Below, one piece after another: positions 29,085-37,800 of a stretch of 64,000 nucleotides of DNA. Position numbers and translations under genes: made by a program. Position 1 is the stretch's first letter. Every line of letters starts with the position of its first letter. Under the pieces are notes generated by a model. It was not told the origin of the DNA, did not search any database, and saw only the letters and a list, made by a program, of their open reading frames with translations. Source of the stretch: a candidate division Zixibacteria bacterium CG_4_9_14_3_um_filter_46_8 (GTDB lineage: Bacteria; Zixibacteria; MSB-5A5; UM-FILTER-46-8); contig PFXJ01000025.1 in assembly GCA_002791595.1 (NCBI GenBank), forward strand, positions 19,880 through 83,879, read 5' to 3'.

Positions 29085-29468
29085 CTACCATTGGTCGCAG
29101 AATCCTGCATTGTCAGTAATCAAATACAGATCAACCTCTATCGTACCTTTGCTAGGTTTATTACCTTGATATTTATCATACTTACGGGTCTGACCATCCA
29201 TGAATTCGCCATCCAAGCAAAATGGTCCAGTATCGCGATTTATTCCGATCGCATAATAGCCCTCAGTAACCGATACCGCATTGTAATGCAAAGCCCCGAT
29301 TTGTAGCTGAATCGATACCCCAGCAGTAGGAACTCCATCTACTTTCGCTATACCCTTGAAAGCGGGTTCTGGTATTTGACCCTGGCAAATGCCATCACAG
29401 GGGACAAAAAGTGTAAAAATCCCCATCAATAACACCAGGACGACGAAACTCAAATATATTTTCTTCAT
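29085..29468 (-). CDS. Hypothetical small secreted protein (127 aa)
   Basis: GGAG before ATG 29468; MKK + hydrophobic signal; beta-rich mature part (GIAKVDGVPTAGVSIQL, GYYAI). Confidence 0.7.
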   Translation of the reverse strand: MKKIYLSFVVLVLLMGIFTLFVPCDGICQGQIPEPAFKGIAKVDGVPTAGVSIQLQIGALHYNAVSVTEGYYAIGINRDTGPFCLDGEFMDGQTRKYDKYQGNKPSKGTIEVDLYLITDNAGFCDQW

Positions 29469-29659
29469 GCTATACTCCCATTCCAATTACTTAGTTCATT
29501 AAGGATAATATTCGAACTTCCGGCAGTAATGAGTATCAATCTCAGAGGGAGAACGGGATTTAAAATAATTTGAATAATCAGTTTTCATTGGAGTGTTCAA
29601 CAGGATCTTGGCAAATTGTCGATTTTTCATCGATTATGATTGATAACAATCTAAATAAC

Positions 29660-29693
29660 TAATGGCGCAACCGGCATTTCGGCTGCGCCATTA
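29660..29693 (-). terminator. Stem-loop terminator after paralog 2
   Basis: TAATGGCGCA-ACCG-N6-CGGC-TGCGCCATTA inverted repeat, 33 nt past the stop. Confidence 0.55.
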
Positions 29694-29726
29694 TCAAGAA
29701 AATAAACTATTCGGGGTAAGAAACCC

Positions 29727-31490
29727 TTACTTCATCAGAATCATGTGGCGAGTCTCCGAAATACCGTCAGCGGAGAATCGATAATAATAGACTCCCGATG
29801 TTTGGTTGGCGGCATTCCAGTTGACTGAATGCTCGCCGGCATTGAATCTACCGTCGGCAAGCACTGCCACTTTTTCGCCAAGTAGGTTGTAGATAGTCAG
29901 GTTAACATTGGCCGACCTCTCAAGAGTGAAGCTGACCACAGTTGATGCATTGAACGGATTTGGATAGTTCTGATTCAAATTAAATGTCGAGGGAACCGTT
30001 CCATCTTCATTCACCGAAGAGATCGGGGACGGATTGGGGAAGGCATAATAACGAACTGGATTCTGAGTCATCATACCTTCGGTTTGGACAATGCCGCCCG
30101 CATCCTTATCTTCGATATAAGAGATATACAGGAATTGATTATCCACTTCCTTCGCCATCGAGGACCAATGGTCGCTAAAGCAATCTCCAGGCTGACAACC
30201 TTCACTTGGCGAATTGGTTACGTTTTGAGCTTCCGACCAGGTTGCGCCGCCATCAGTCGAATATGATAAATATAATTCGCCATTGGACCATCCCCCTGCG
30301 GAGACATCAATGTCGTCAAATTCGGTCCACAGGGCGTATAAGGTCGCGCCATACGGGTTGGCAGAAATTGACATCTTGCTGGCAGAACGGTTCCATGCAC
30401 CAGGGAAGGATGCATGCCAGGCATCACGAACCAGGGTTATTCCGGTAGCTTCAGACCAGTGGAATAGCAAGCAAGCATCCACTGTAATGAAGCCGCTATC
30501 CGCATTATAATATGGCGCATTCCACAGAATGTGCAAATTGCCTTCATAATCGTAGGTGGCCGCCACATCGGTGTAGGCGCGCAATGTATCTTCCCAAACA
30601 TAATTGGTCACATTGGTTTTGCTATAGTGGCCCCAATTGGTGTCATCAGTGGTCTCGATATAAACGACATCATTATTATATTGATTGGCGGTCGGTTCAT
30701 CACCTCTCGGTTGAGTGTAAACGATGGCGCATTTCCCATCAATCGGCGAGGATACAACCACTCCAGCGAGATCCATCACAGAGTCCGTATAAGATGCCAA
30801 ACTGGAGAAATTGGCGCCCATGTCTGTCGAAAATGTATGCCCGGTAGCCTGTGCTCCCGTGGTCGTTTCTGTATTTATAACCTGGATGTTCCCGTTGTAA
30901 TCGTAGGTAACATAGGGCCAAATCAGGGCGCTTTCAGCAGGCAATGTACTGGGGACATCGGTAACAGTGAACAGGCCCAGTCCGCATCCAGCATCAACAG
31001 CGACTTTGCATTGGATGCCGTTTTCGTGCCATACTATGATAGCTTCACCGGTTTCGGTCTTCTCAGTGATTTGACAATAACCAGCTCTGGTGCCGGTGGA
31101 GGCGGGAGTTCCGGTATCGCCCCAGCCGGGTGTTCCCGATTGATCGATATAATTATAATAGATATCCCTCTGGCCTGAGTAATCCTCTATCCCATTCATC
31201 CAGGCAATATGGACACCACAGTCATGCTTGGCAATCCTATGGCCGGATGAACCATTGGTCTGATAATCGTAATAGGTCCCACCGATTATTATTCCCGGCG
31301 AATCTAAGGTGAGACTTGGTTGATAGGGAACCCCGGGACCTGAATTGTAGCTGGGTTGCTGTTCATCAGGGATTCTTTCCTTCGCCTGAGCGTCTTTAAT
31401 CTTTACTTTAGTCACTCCAGCATAAAGGTCGCTGCTGAACATAACCACTACTGCCGCCAGAATTAAAATCGGCAAAAGCTTTCTTAACAT
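29727..31490 (-). CDS. Secreted Asp-box beta-propeller protein with C-terminal sorting domain (paralog 2)
   Basis: Start ATG 31490 with GGAG; shares TYYDYQTNGS, KHDCGVH, DAGCGLG, GAWNRSASKMS, SNGELY, SDHWS with paralog 1; CTD NQNYPNPFN...MILMK. Confidence 0.85.
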   Translation of the reverse strand: MLRKLLPILILAAVVVMFSSDLYAGVTKVKIKDAQAKERIPDEQQPSYNSGPGVPYQPSLTLDSPGIIIGGTYYDYQTNGSSGHRIAKHDCGVHIAWMNGIEDYSGQRDIYYNYIDQSGTPGWGDTGTPASTGTRAGYCQITEKTETGEAIIVWHENGIQCKVAVDAGCGLGLFTVTDVPSTLPAESALIWPYVTYDYNGNIQVINTETTTGAQATGHTFSTDMGANFSSLASYTDSVMDLAGVVVSSPIDGKCAIVYTQPRGDEPTANQYNNDVVYIETTDDTNWGHYSKTNVTNYVWEDTLRAYTDVAATYDYEGNLHILWNAPYYNADSGFITVDACLLFHWSEATGITLVRDAWHASFPGAWNRSASKMSISANPYGATLYALWTEFDDIDVSAGGWSNGELYLSYSTDGGATWSEAQNVTNSPSEGCQPGDCFSDHWSSMAKEVDNQFLYISYIEDKDAGGIVQTEGMMTQNPVRYYAFPNPSPISSVNEDGTVPSTFNLNQNYPNPFNASTVVSFTLERSANVNLTIYNLLGEKVAVLADGRFNAGEHSVNWNAANQTSGVYYYRFSADGISETRHMILMK

Positions 31491-31781
31491 TTTTAATCTC
31501 CTATACGTTAGTTTACCCAATGATTTTGATTTTAAACATCGAAATTTTCTACCTGCAACCTCCTTTCCTCACAAAAAATAACTTAACCCTCAACTTGCTT
31601 AATCAATGCTCTCATTTTATTTGCCAAATGGTGATTACCAATTAACTGTGCCATCTGCTAACAATAGTAAATATCGGCTTGAAACCGGATATTTCCTACC
31701 CTTATTATTTGCATAATTGTTTCCAAAAATCAAGTCATATATGATTATATAGCAAATTTTATTTTTCAGGGTTCCCATTTT

Positions 31782-32744
31782 CTATGTATCCAGAGGGGTC
31801 GGGTCATCAGCTGACTCATAATCGGTTGCGGCTCCTTCCGGAGCCGCAACCTGGAATTGAGTAATGTTTACTGCCGATTGATAGTCCCAGGTTCCGCCAT
31901 CGAGAGATTCAATATAACCCACATCCTGATTTATCTGACCCGGAGTGCCTCCGCTGGCCGCGGGCATCGTAAATGCCAAAGCGACTTTGTCATCAACCGG
32001 CGAAGCAGTAACCATTGCAGAAAGGTCGTAAGAATCGTCCATGAATATATTCATCTCACTCCAGCTCACGCCCATATCAGTTGAAATGGTATGAGACAAA
32101 TATCCGGGATCTCCGGCATTCGTCTTTTGCTCGCCATTTATGAGGTGAATTCGTCCTTGATTGTCATAAGCGATATAGGGCCACAGGAATTGGTTGCGAG
32201 CCGGATATTGGTCAGGGGGATCAAAATGAGTGAATAAGCCGAAGCCGCATCCGGCATCCACCGAGAGAATGGTACGTACATCCGCAGTGTTATGATATGC
32301 GACCAGGCCATTCCCGGAAGCATCGACATCCATCTGGCAATACCCTGCTCCCTGGAGAGCTGAAACCGCAGTACCGGTTTCTCCAAATTGGAGGGTACCA
32401 GAAGGATCCATAAAATTATAATAGACCCAGCGATTGCCGCTCCAGGCGCCGATTCCATTCATCCAGACAAAATGCACGCCGCAGTCGTGCTTCACAATCC
32501 GGGTACCGATGGACCCATTGCTCTGAATATCATAATGGGTCGTGCCGATCAGCACATTAACTGTGTCTGCATCCGCCGGCGAATAAGGCAGGCCCGGCGC
32601 AGGAACATAATCAATTTTGGATTCATCCGGTACCGGCACGACATAATCACTTATGGGCACTTTCCTGACGCCATCCGCAGCGGCAACCGAGCCCAAGGCG
32701 CAGATCAAAATCAGCGCAGTCAAAATTAACAGATTCCACTTCAT
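31782..32744 (-). CDS. Secreted Asp-box protein, N-terminal-half paralog lacking the sorting domain (paralog 3)
   Basis: Start ATG 32744 with AAGGAG; KHDCGVH, DAGCG, WPYI, STDMGVSW, SLDGGTW; ends in an acidic tail. Confidence 0.8.
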   Translation of the reverse strand: MKWNLLILTALILICALGSVAAADGVRKVPISDYVVPVPDESKIDYVPAPGLPYSPADADTVNVLIGTTHYDIQSNGSIGTRIVKHDCGVHFVWMNGIGAWSGNRWVYYNFMDPSGTLQFGETGTAVSALQGAGYCQMDVDASGNGLVAYHNTADVRTILSVDAGCGFGLFTHFDPPDQYPARNQFLWPYIAYDNQGRIHLINGEQKTNAGDPGYLSHTISTDMGVSWSEMNIFMDDSYDLSAMVTASPVDDKVALAFTMPAASGGTPGQINQDVGYIESLDGGTWDYQSAVNITQFQVAAPEGAATDYESADDPTPLDT

Positions 32745-32842
32745 CCTTAACTCCTTTGGTTTAGAACTGTGCAAAGACGATCGTCCTTCAGACGCAGATT
32801 CCCCTTGTTGCAGTCATATTACAATAATGAGCAATCTCACAT

Positions 32843-33757
32843 TCAGCCATTTGTCCGAATGGCATCTCTGGGGCTGATTCCAGGAAATCCTTCTTCCATG
32901 AAATCCACCCGAAACTGCCGCGAAAATGCATCGATGATATTATTCTCAATATTATCGGCATCAATAGGATTCACTCCATCTGCGTCAAAGATCTCGCTCA
33001 AATTGGTTACTATTCCTTCCATTCTTTTCAATAATTGCTCCTTAACCTCCTTCCTACTAATAGCCAGAAAGTTAACTATTTTGGTCGTGCCATAGGATAA
33101 TTGTATACTGCCATGTTGAAGAAATGTGCGCTTTTCACACCGTTGCGCCGAACCGACCAGCTTTTTCCCCCAGTATGAAATTTCATCACCAGTAACAGTA
33201 CCGAAACAGGGCTTTACATCAGTTAAATTGTAGCCGTTAGAGTGATGGAGATTAGTTTTAAAGCCATCTCGGCTAAGGCCCGAAGCAACCAAACCGGATA
33301 TTATCGCACTATGTATATCAGCGCACCGCTCCCGGATCGCCTTAAAGGAATTGCCTCCAACCCCCATATTTCCCACAACGCTGTAAGAAAGATCATATCC
33401 GTGAAGCAATTCACGGCCTCCGGTCGGACGCTGGACAATATCAATGCCAAAATCCCGGCACTTCTGAAAATCAATGATTTTTTCAATGTTCCGTTGGTTC
33501 ATGCCATAGGAGATTGTGGGCCGTTGCCAGCCAAAGAAGCGCAAGGTGGGTTTTCCTGTCCCAGACTTCATTTCCTCATACAGCCTCCTATCAATATCCA
33601 TATTGACCTGCCCTGGGAGCGCTCTGAATTTGATAAGCTGCCAACTGCTTAAAAATGTTTCCTTCATCTCTGGGGAGCAGTCTAAAATCACAGGGTTTAA
33701 GTCATAAGCGATCAGGAAATGATTAGGGATCAACCCCGCACACGATGCGAAATGCAT
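32843..33757 (-). CDS. Lipoate-protein ligase family, LipM-like octanoyltransferase
   Basis: NMDID, LRFFGW, PTGG, CF, KKLVGSAQ, LQHGSI; start is either 33757 or 33667. Confidence 0.85.
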   Translation of the reverse strand: MHFASCAGLIPNHFLIAYDLNPVILDCSPEMKETFLSSWQLIKFRALPGQVNMDIDRRLYEEMKSGTGKPTLRFFGWQRPTISYGMNQRNIEKIIDFQKCRDFGIDIVQRPTGGRELLHGYDLSYSVVGNMGVGGNSFKAIRERCADIHSAIISGLVASGLSRDGFKTNLHHSNGYNLTDVKPCFGTVTGDEISYWGKKLVGSAQRCEKRTFLQHGSIQLSYGTTKIVNFLAISRKEVKEQLLKRMEGIVTNLSEIFDADGVNPIDADNIENNIIDAFSRQFRVDFMEEGFPGISPRDAIRTNG

Positions 33758-33763
33758 AGATTC

Positions 33764-33792
33764 ATATTATTGTGTTATTTCAAGTATGTCAA
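33764..33792 (-). promoter_or_regulatory. Putative sigma70 promoter for the lipoate ligase gene
   Basis: TTGACA-N17-TAATAT. Confidence 0.5.
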
Positions 33793-33814
33793 GCATTTCG
33801 TAAGCGCAAACGAC

Positions 33815-34591
33815 TCAAATGATCTTCTCTCTTTTAAGTCTCGCAATCAATTCCTCGGCCTGCTCTTGAGGAGTATTCCCCTTGATCATCTCTCCCTGGG
33901 GCCGCGGCGCTGGACACTGGGCTCGCAATAGATGCGATGGGGAACTGGAGCCCACAGTCGAGGACTCAATGCCCAAATCAGCCAGCTTGAGCAATGCGAT
34001 CTCAGCCTTCTTGGCTCTCATCTTGCCCTTAAGAGAAGGCAATCGCGGCTCATTGATCTCCTTTACCACAGAGATGACCGCCGGAAGCGATGACTCCACA
34101 ACATCATAGCCATCTTCAGTAGCTCTCTCAACGACAACCATTTTCTCCGTTATTTCCCTTATTTTTTTCACGAAAAGTAGTTGGGACCAACCCAGATGAC
34201 CAGCAACCGCTCCCGCCATTGAAGATGAATCATCATCTACAGCTTGTTTGCCAAAGATGGCCATATCCATACCCCGGATCTTCCTAATTGCCGCCGCAAG
34301 AATCTCTGAAATAGCAGTTATATCCGAACCTTCAACCCCATTATCCCATACTCTGGTTGCATGGTCCATTCCCAGCGAGAGAGCTTCACGAAGGGCAAAC
34401 TCGCTATCTTCCGGGCCGAACGATAAAGCCATAGTTTCCCCACCGACCTTTTCCTTAATTCTGATAGCTTCTTCAATGGCATACATATCAAAAGGATTGG
34501 TCATTCCATTCCCGGAGGCAGAGACTTTCTCATTCTGGACCTTTATCTGGTCAATCTGGGGAACTTGCTTGACGCAGACCACGATATTCAC
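33815..34591 (-). CDS. etfB: Electron transfer flavoprotein beta subunit
   Basis: VCVKQVP, NPFD..AIEEA, GKQAVDDD, INEPRLPSLKG. Confidence 0.95.
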   Translation of the reverse strand: MNIVVCVKQVPQIDQIKVQNEKVSASGNGMTNPFDMYAIEEAIRIKEKVGGETMALSFGPEDSEFALREALSLGMDHATRVWDNGVEGSDITAISEILAAAIRKIRGMDMAIFGKQAVDDDSSSMAGAVAGHLGWSQLLFVKKIREITEKMVVVERATEDGYDVVESSLPAVISVVKEINEPRLPSLKGKMRAKKAEIALLKLADLGIESSTVGSSSPSHLLRAQCPAPRPQGEMIKGNTPQEQAEELIARLKREKII

Positions 34592-35763
34592 AATGCAATC
34601 TCCCTATTTTTATTTTTATTATATTCCTTGGTCAATTCGTTGGCGATAACCAATCTCTGAATTTGATTGGTGCCTTCATAGATTTGGATTATCTTGGCAT
34701 CCCGCATCATTTTTTCAACCGGATAATCTTTCATATACCCATAACCCCCGAAAATCTGAATCGCATCGACTGTGACTTTCATCGCCATATCAGACGACAG
34801 CAGTTTGGCCATCGATGACAGTTTCGTCACATCGGTATAACCTCGATCAATGAGTCTGCACGTATGATAAAGCAACTGACGACAGGCCTCAATTTGCATC
34901 GCCATATCCGCCAGCATTAGCTGAATCGATTGAAAGCTGGAGATTTTCTGACCGAACTGCATCCGTTGCTGGGAATACGCCAGCGCTTCGTCCATTGCGC
35001 CTTGAGCTAAACCGACCGCCTGAGCCGCCACTACCGGCCGAGTCATATCGAAAGTTTGCATCGCCACGCGCAATCCCTGGCCCGGTTTTCCAAGAATGCA
35101 GTCCTGATGTACACGGCAATCCTCAAAAACCAATTCTCTGGTGGCAGAGGCGCGGATACCCAATTTGTTTTCCTTCTTGCCGGCGCTGAATCCGGGAGTT
35201 CCTTTTTCGACCAGAAACGCAGTTGCGGATCGAATCCCCCGTTCTTTATCAGTCAAGAATACAACCGTATTAATCTCAGCTTCCCCCCCATTGGTAATCC
35301 ATTGTTTAGTGCCATTAAGAATGTAATAGTCTCCATCTTTGATGGCAGATGAACTGATGCCGGCGGCATCCGAACCGGCTCCGGATTCGGTCATTCCAAA
35401 TGAGCTTACAATCTCACCTTTAGCAATCCGAGGGAGGTATTTGCGTTTCTGGTCCTCATTGCCAAATAAGATTATCGGGTACGTTCCCAACAAAGTTCCC
35501 TCGAATACCAGGGCTATACCCGAACAGATGCGAGCCAATTGCTCGGTTACCAGGATTCCGGAAAACAATCCTTCGCCCAAACCGCCATAATTCTCGGGGA
35601 TGTAACTTCCGAAAAGATCGGCATCCGCAAGGTGCCTGGCAATATCCCAGGGATAAATCCCCTTTTCGTCGTATTCGGCTCGCACCGGTTTCACTTTTTC
35701 AACCGCGATTCGGTAGGCAAGATCTCTAATTTCCTTTTGCGTTTCAGTCAAAAAATATTCCAT
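34588..35763 (-). CDS. Acyl-CoA dehydrogenase (catalytic Glu present)
   Basis: MTESGAGSD, GTKQWITNG, KLGIRAS, QIFGGYGY, QIYEGTNQIQR. Confidence 0.95.
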   Translation of the reverse strand: MEYFLTETQKEIRDLAYRIAVEKVKPVRAEYDEKGIYPWDIARHLADADLFGSYIPENYGGLGEGLFSGILVTEQLARICSGIALVFEGTLLGTYPIILFGNEDQKRKYLPRIAKGEIVSSFGMTESGAGSDAAGISSSAIKDGDYYILNGTKQWITNGGEAEINTVVFLTDKERGIRSATAFLVEKGTPGFSAGKKENKLGIRASATRELVFEDCRVHQDCILGKPGQGLRVAMQTFDMTRPVVAAQAVGLAQGAMDEALAYSQQRMQFGQKISSFQSIQLMLADMAMQIEACRQLLYHTCRLIDRGYTDVTKLSSMAKLLSSDMAMKVTVDAIQIFGGYGYMKDYPVEKMMRDAKIIQIYEGTNQIQRLVIANELTKEYNKNKNREIAL

Positions 35764-35768
35764 AATCT

Positions 35769-36935
35769 TCACTTTTGCCGGGCGAATTCTTTGGTCATTT
35801 CGGTGGCAATCACCAAACGCTGAATTTGATTAGTCCCATCATAGATTTGAGTAACCTTCGCATCCCTCATCATCTTCTCAACGGGGAATTCCTTCATATA
35901 GCCATATCCGCCGAATATCTGAACCGCGTCAGTAGTGGCTTTCATTGCAATATCAGAGCAAAGCACTTTACACATAGATGCCAGTTTAGTGACATTCTGT
36001 TCACCGCCATCGATAAGACGACAAAGATGATAGAGGAGTAATCGCGAGGCTTCGATTTGGGCCGCCATATCAGCCAGCATTATCTGAATTGCCTGAAAGC
36101 TCGAAATTTTCTGTGCAAATTGGATTCTTTGCTGGGCATAGGCAACAGCTTCATCTAAGGCCCCTTGAGCTATGCCCAATGCCTGAGCCGACATCCCCGG
36201 ACGACTGGCAAAATCAAAAGCCTTCATCGCCACCCGGAATCCCTGACCGACTTTACCGAGCATTTGATCCTGGTGAATCCTGCAATCCTGGAAAATAAGG
36301 CTCCGGGTTGTGGAAGCACGAATTCCCATCTTATTATCCTTGGGGCCGAAAGTGAATCCCGGTGTGTCCTTATCAACTATGAAAGCAGTCGCCGATCGGG
36401 CTTTTCTTTCGACATCGGTAATGAAAACAACCACATAAACTTCAGCCTCTCCAGCATTTATTATCCATTGCTTGACCCCATTCAATACATAATGATCCCC
36501 GTCCTGGATGGCGGTGGATTTGATGGCGGAAACATCGGAACCGGCTTGCTTTTCCGTGATGGCAAATGCCGCAATTTTCTTGCCACTGGCTATCTCCGGC
36601 AGATATTTATTCTTCTGCTCATCGCTTCCAAAGAGGATAATCGGAGTAGTGGCGAAAGCATTGGCCGAGTAAGCTAATGCGATCCCTCCGCAGGCGCGGC
36701 CTAATTGCTCGGTTATCAGAGCGGCCGAAAAGATACCCTCCCCCAATCCCCCATATTCCTTTGGTATGTAACTCCCATAAAGATTGGCATCAGATAGGTG
36801 TTTAATAATATCCCAGGGGAAAATTCCCTTTTCATCATATTCTGCCCTGACAGGTTTCACTTTCTCATCGGCGATCCGGCGAGCCGATTCCCTGATCTGG
36901 TTTTGAGTTTCAGTCAATAGATAGCGCATAGTCAT
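35769..36935 (-). CDS. Acyl-CoA dehydrogenase paralog (Asp at the catalytic Glu position)
   Basis: ITEKQAGSD, KMGIRAS, QIFGGYGY, QIYDGTNQIQR. Confidence 0.93.
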   Translation of the reverse strand: MTMRYLLTETQNQIRESARRIADEKVKPVRAEYDEKGIFPWDIIKHLSDANLYGSYIPKEYGGLGEGIFSAALITEQLGRACGGIALAYSANAFATTPIILFGSDEQKNKYLPEIASGKKIAAFAITEKQAGSDVSAIKSTAIQDGDHYVLNGVKQWIINAGEAEVYVVVFITDVERKARSATAFIVDKDTPGFTFGPKDNKMGIRASTTRSLIFQDCRIHQDQMLGKVGQGFRVAMKAFDFASRPGMSAQALGIAQGALDEAVAYAQQRIQFAQKISSFQAIQIMLADMAAQIEASRLLLYHLCRLIDGGEQNVTKLASMCKVLCSDIAMKATTDAVQIFGGYGYMKEFPVEKMMRDAKVTQIYDGTNQIQRLVIATEMTKEFARQK

Positions 36936-36944
36936 ATCGGATAC

Positions 36945-37736
36945 CTAAAGCAATTTCAATTTCTGCATGGCCAGTTTCGCCGCATTTTGTTCGGCCTGCT
37001 TTTTGGAATGTCCTTTCCCTTTTCCCATTTCCTCCCCGACGATTTTAACCACAACATTAAATGTTTTCATATGCTCGGGACCACTTTCAGAAGCTACTTC
37101 ATACCGAGGGACACCCTTATTTCGGCTTTGAGTATATTCCAATAACCTCCCCTTGTAATTGACATACTCATCCCCAGCGATCAGACTCTCATGTCCTTCA
37201 AGAAGATGCATCCTGACGGCATTGCGCACAGGCTCAATTCCGTCGTCAAGATAAATCGCACCCAGTACCGCCTCATAAGCATCAGCAAGAATAGTTTTGC
37301 GATTCCTTCCGCCCGAATTTTGCTCTTCATTGCTCATAATTATGTATCTTCCCAGATCGATTTCCTGAGCTATTCGATAGAGGATCGCTTCACTTACAAG
37401 AAGACCCTTTATTTTTGTCAGCTTTCCTTCGCGGTAATCCGGGTAATTTGAATAAAGAAATTCGGAGATAACCATTCCCAGAATCGAATCGCCCAGGAAT
37501 TCAAGACGTTCGTTCGAAACGAAACCCTCTATTCCAATGTTGTTCTGAATCGACCGATGGCATAATGCCACCACTAAAAGCCGCCTATCCTTGAAAGCAT
37601 AATCGAACTCCTTTTCAAGTTCAGAAAGATTTTCTGGAGGTACAAGAGCGGGATCTAAATCATTCGCCCTTTCGGGAACGTGTTTTTGTGATGAAAGGAG
37701 GGCGGTTAACTTTGTGAAAAGAGTCATCAACACCAT
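36945..37736 (-). CDS. rnc: Ribonuclease III
   Basis: NERLEFLGD, ADAYEAVLGAIYLD, dsRBD GKGHSKKQAEQ. Confidence 0.97.
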   Translation of the reverse strand: MVLMTLFTKLTALLSSQKHVPERANDLDPALVPPENLSELEKEFDYAFKDRRLLVVALCHRSIQNNIGIEGFVSNERLEFLGDSILGMVISEFLYSNYPDYREGKLTKIKGLLVSEAILYRIAQEIDLGRYIIMSNEEQNSGGRNRKTILADAYEAVLGAIYLDDGIEPVRNAVRMHLLEGHESLIAGDEYVNYKGRLLEYTQSRNKGVPRYEVASESGPEHMKTFNVVVKIVGEEMGKGKGHSKKQAEQNAAKLAMQKLKLL

Positions 37737-37800
37737 GCGTTATAATCATCCTGGCGGCACTTGATCTTAATGGCTATGCGGCTCAGATTGATTCCGAGTA

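Noticed and set aside
28916..29306. Track ORFs 28916..29110 (-) and 29016..29306 (+)
   Set aside because: No SD or recognisable motifs; they overlap the better-supported secreted protein and the remnant
31637..31653. TGGCAC...TTGG on the minus strand as a sigma54 promoter
   Set aside because: Spacer is 6 rather than 5 nt and the -12 element is GG, not GC
31670..31700. GCCGATAT as a second sigma28 promoter
   Set aside because: No TAAA/TCAA-like -35 at 15 nt spacing
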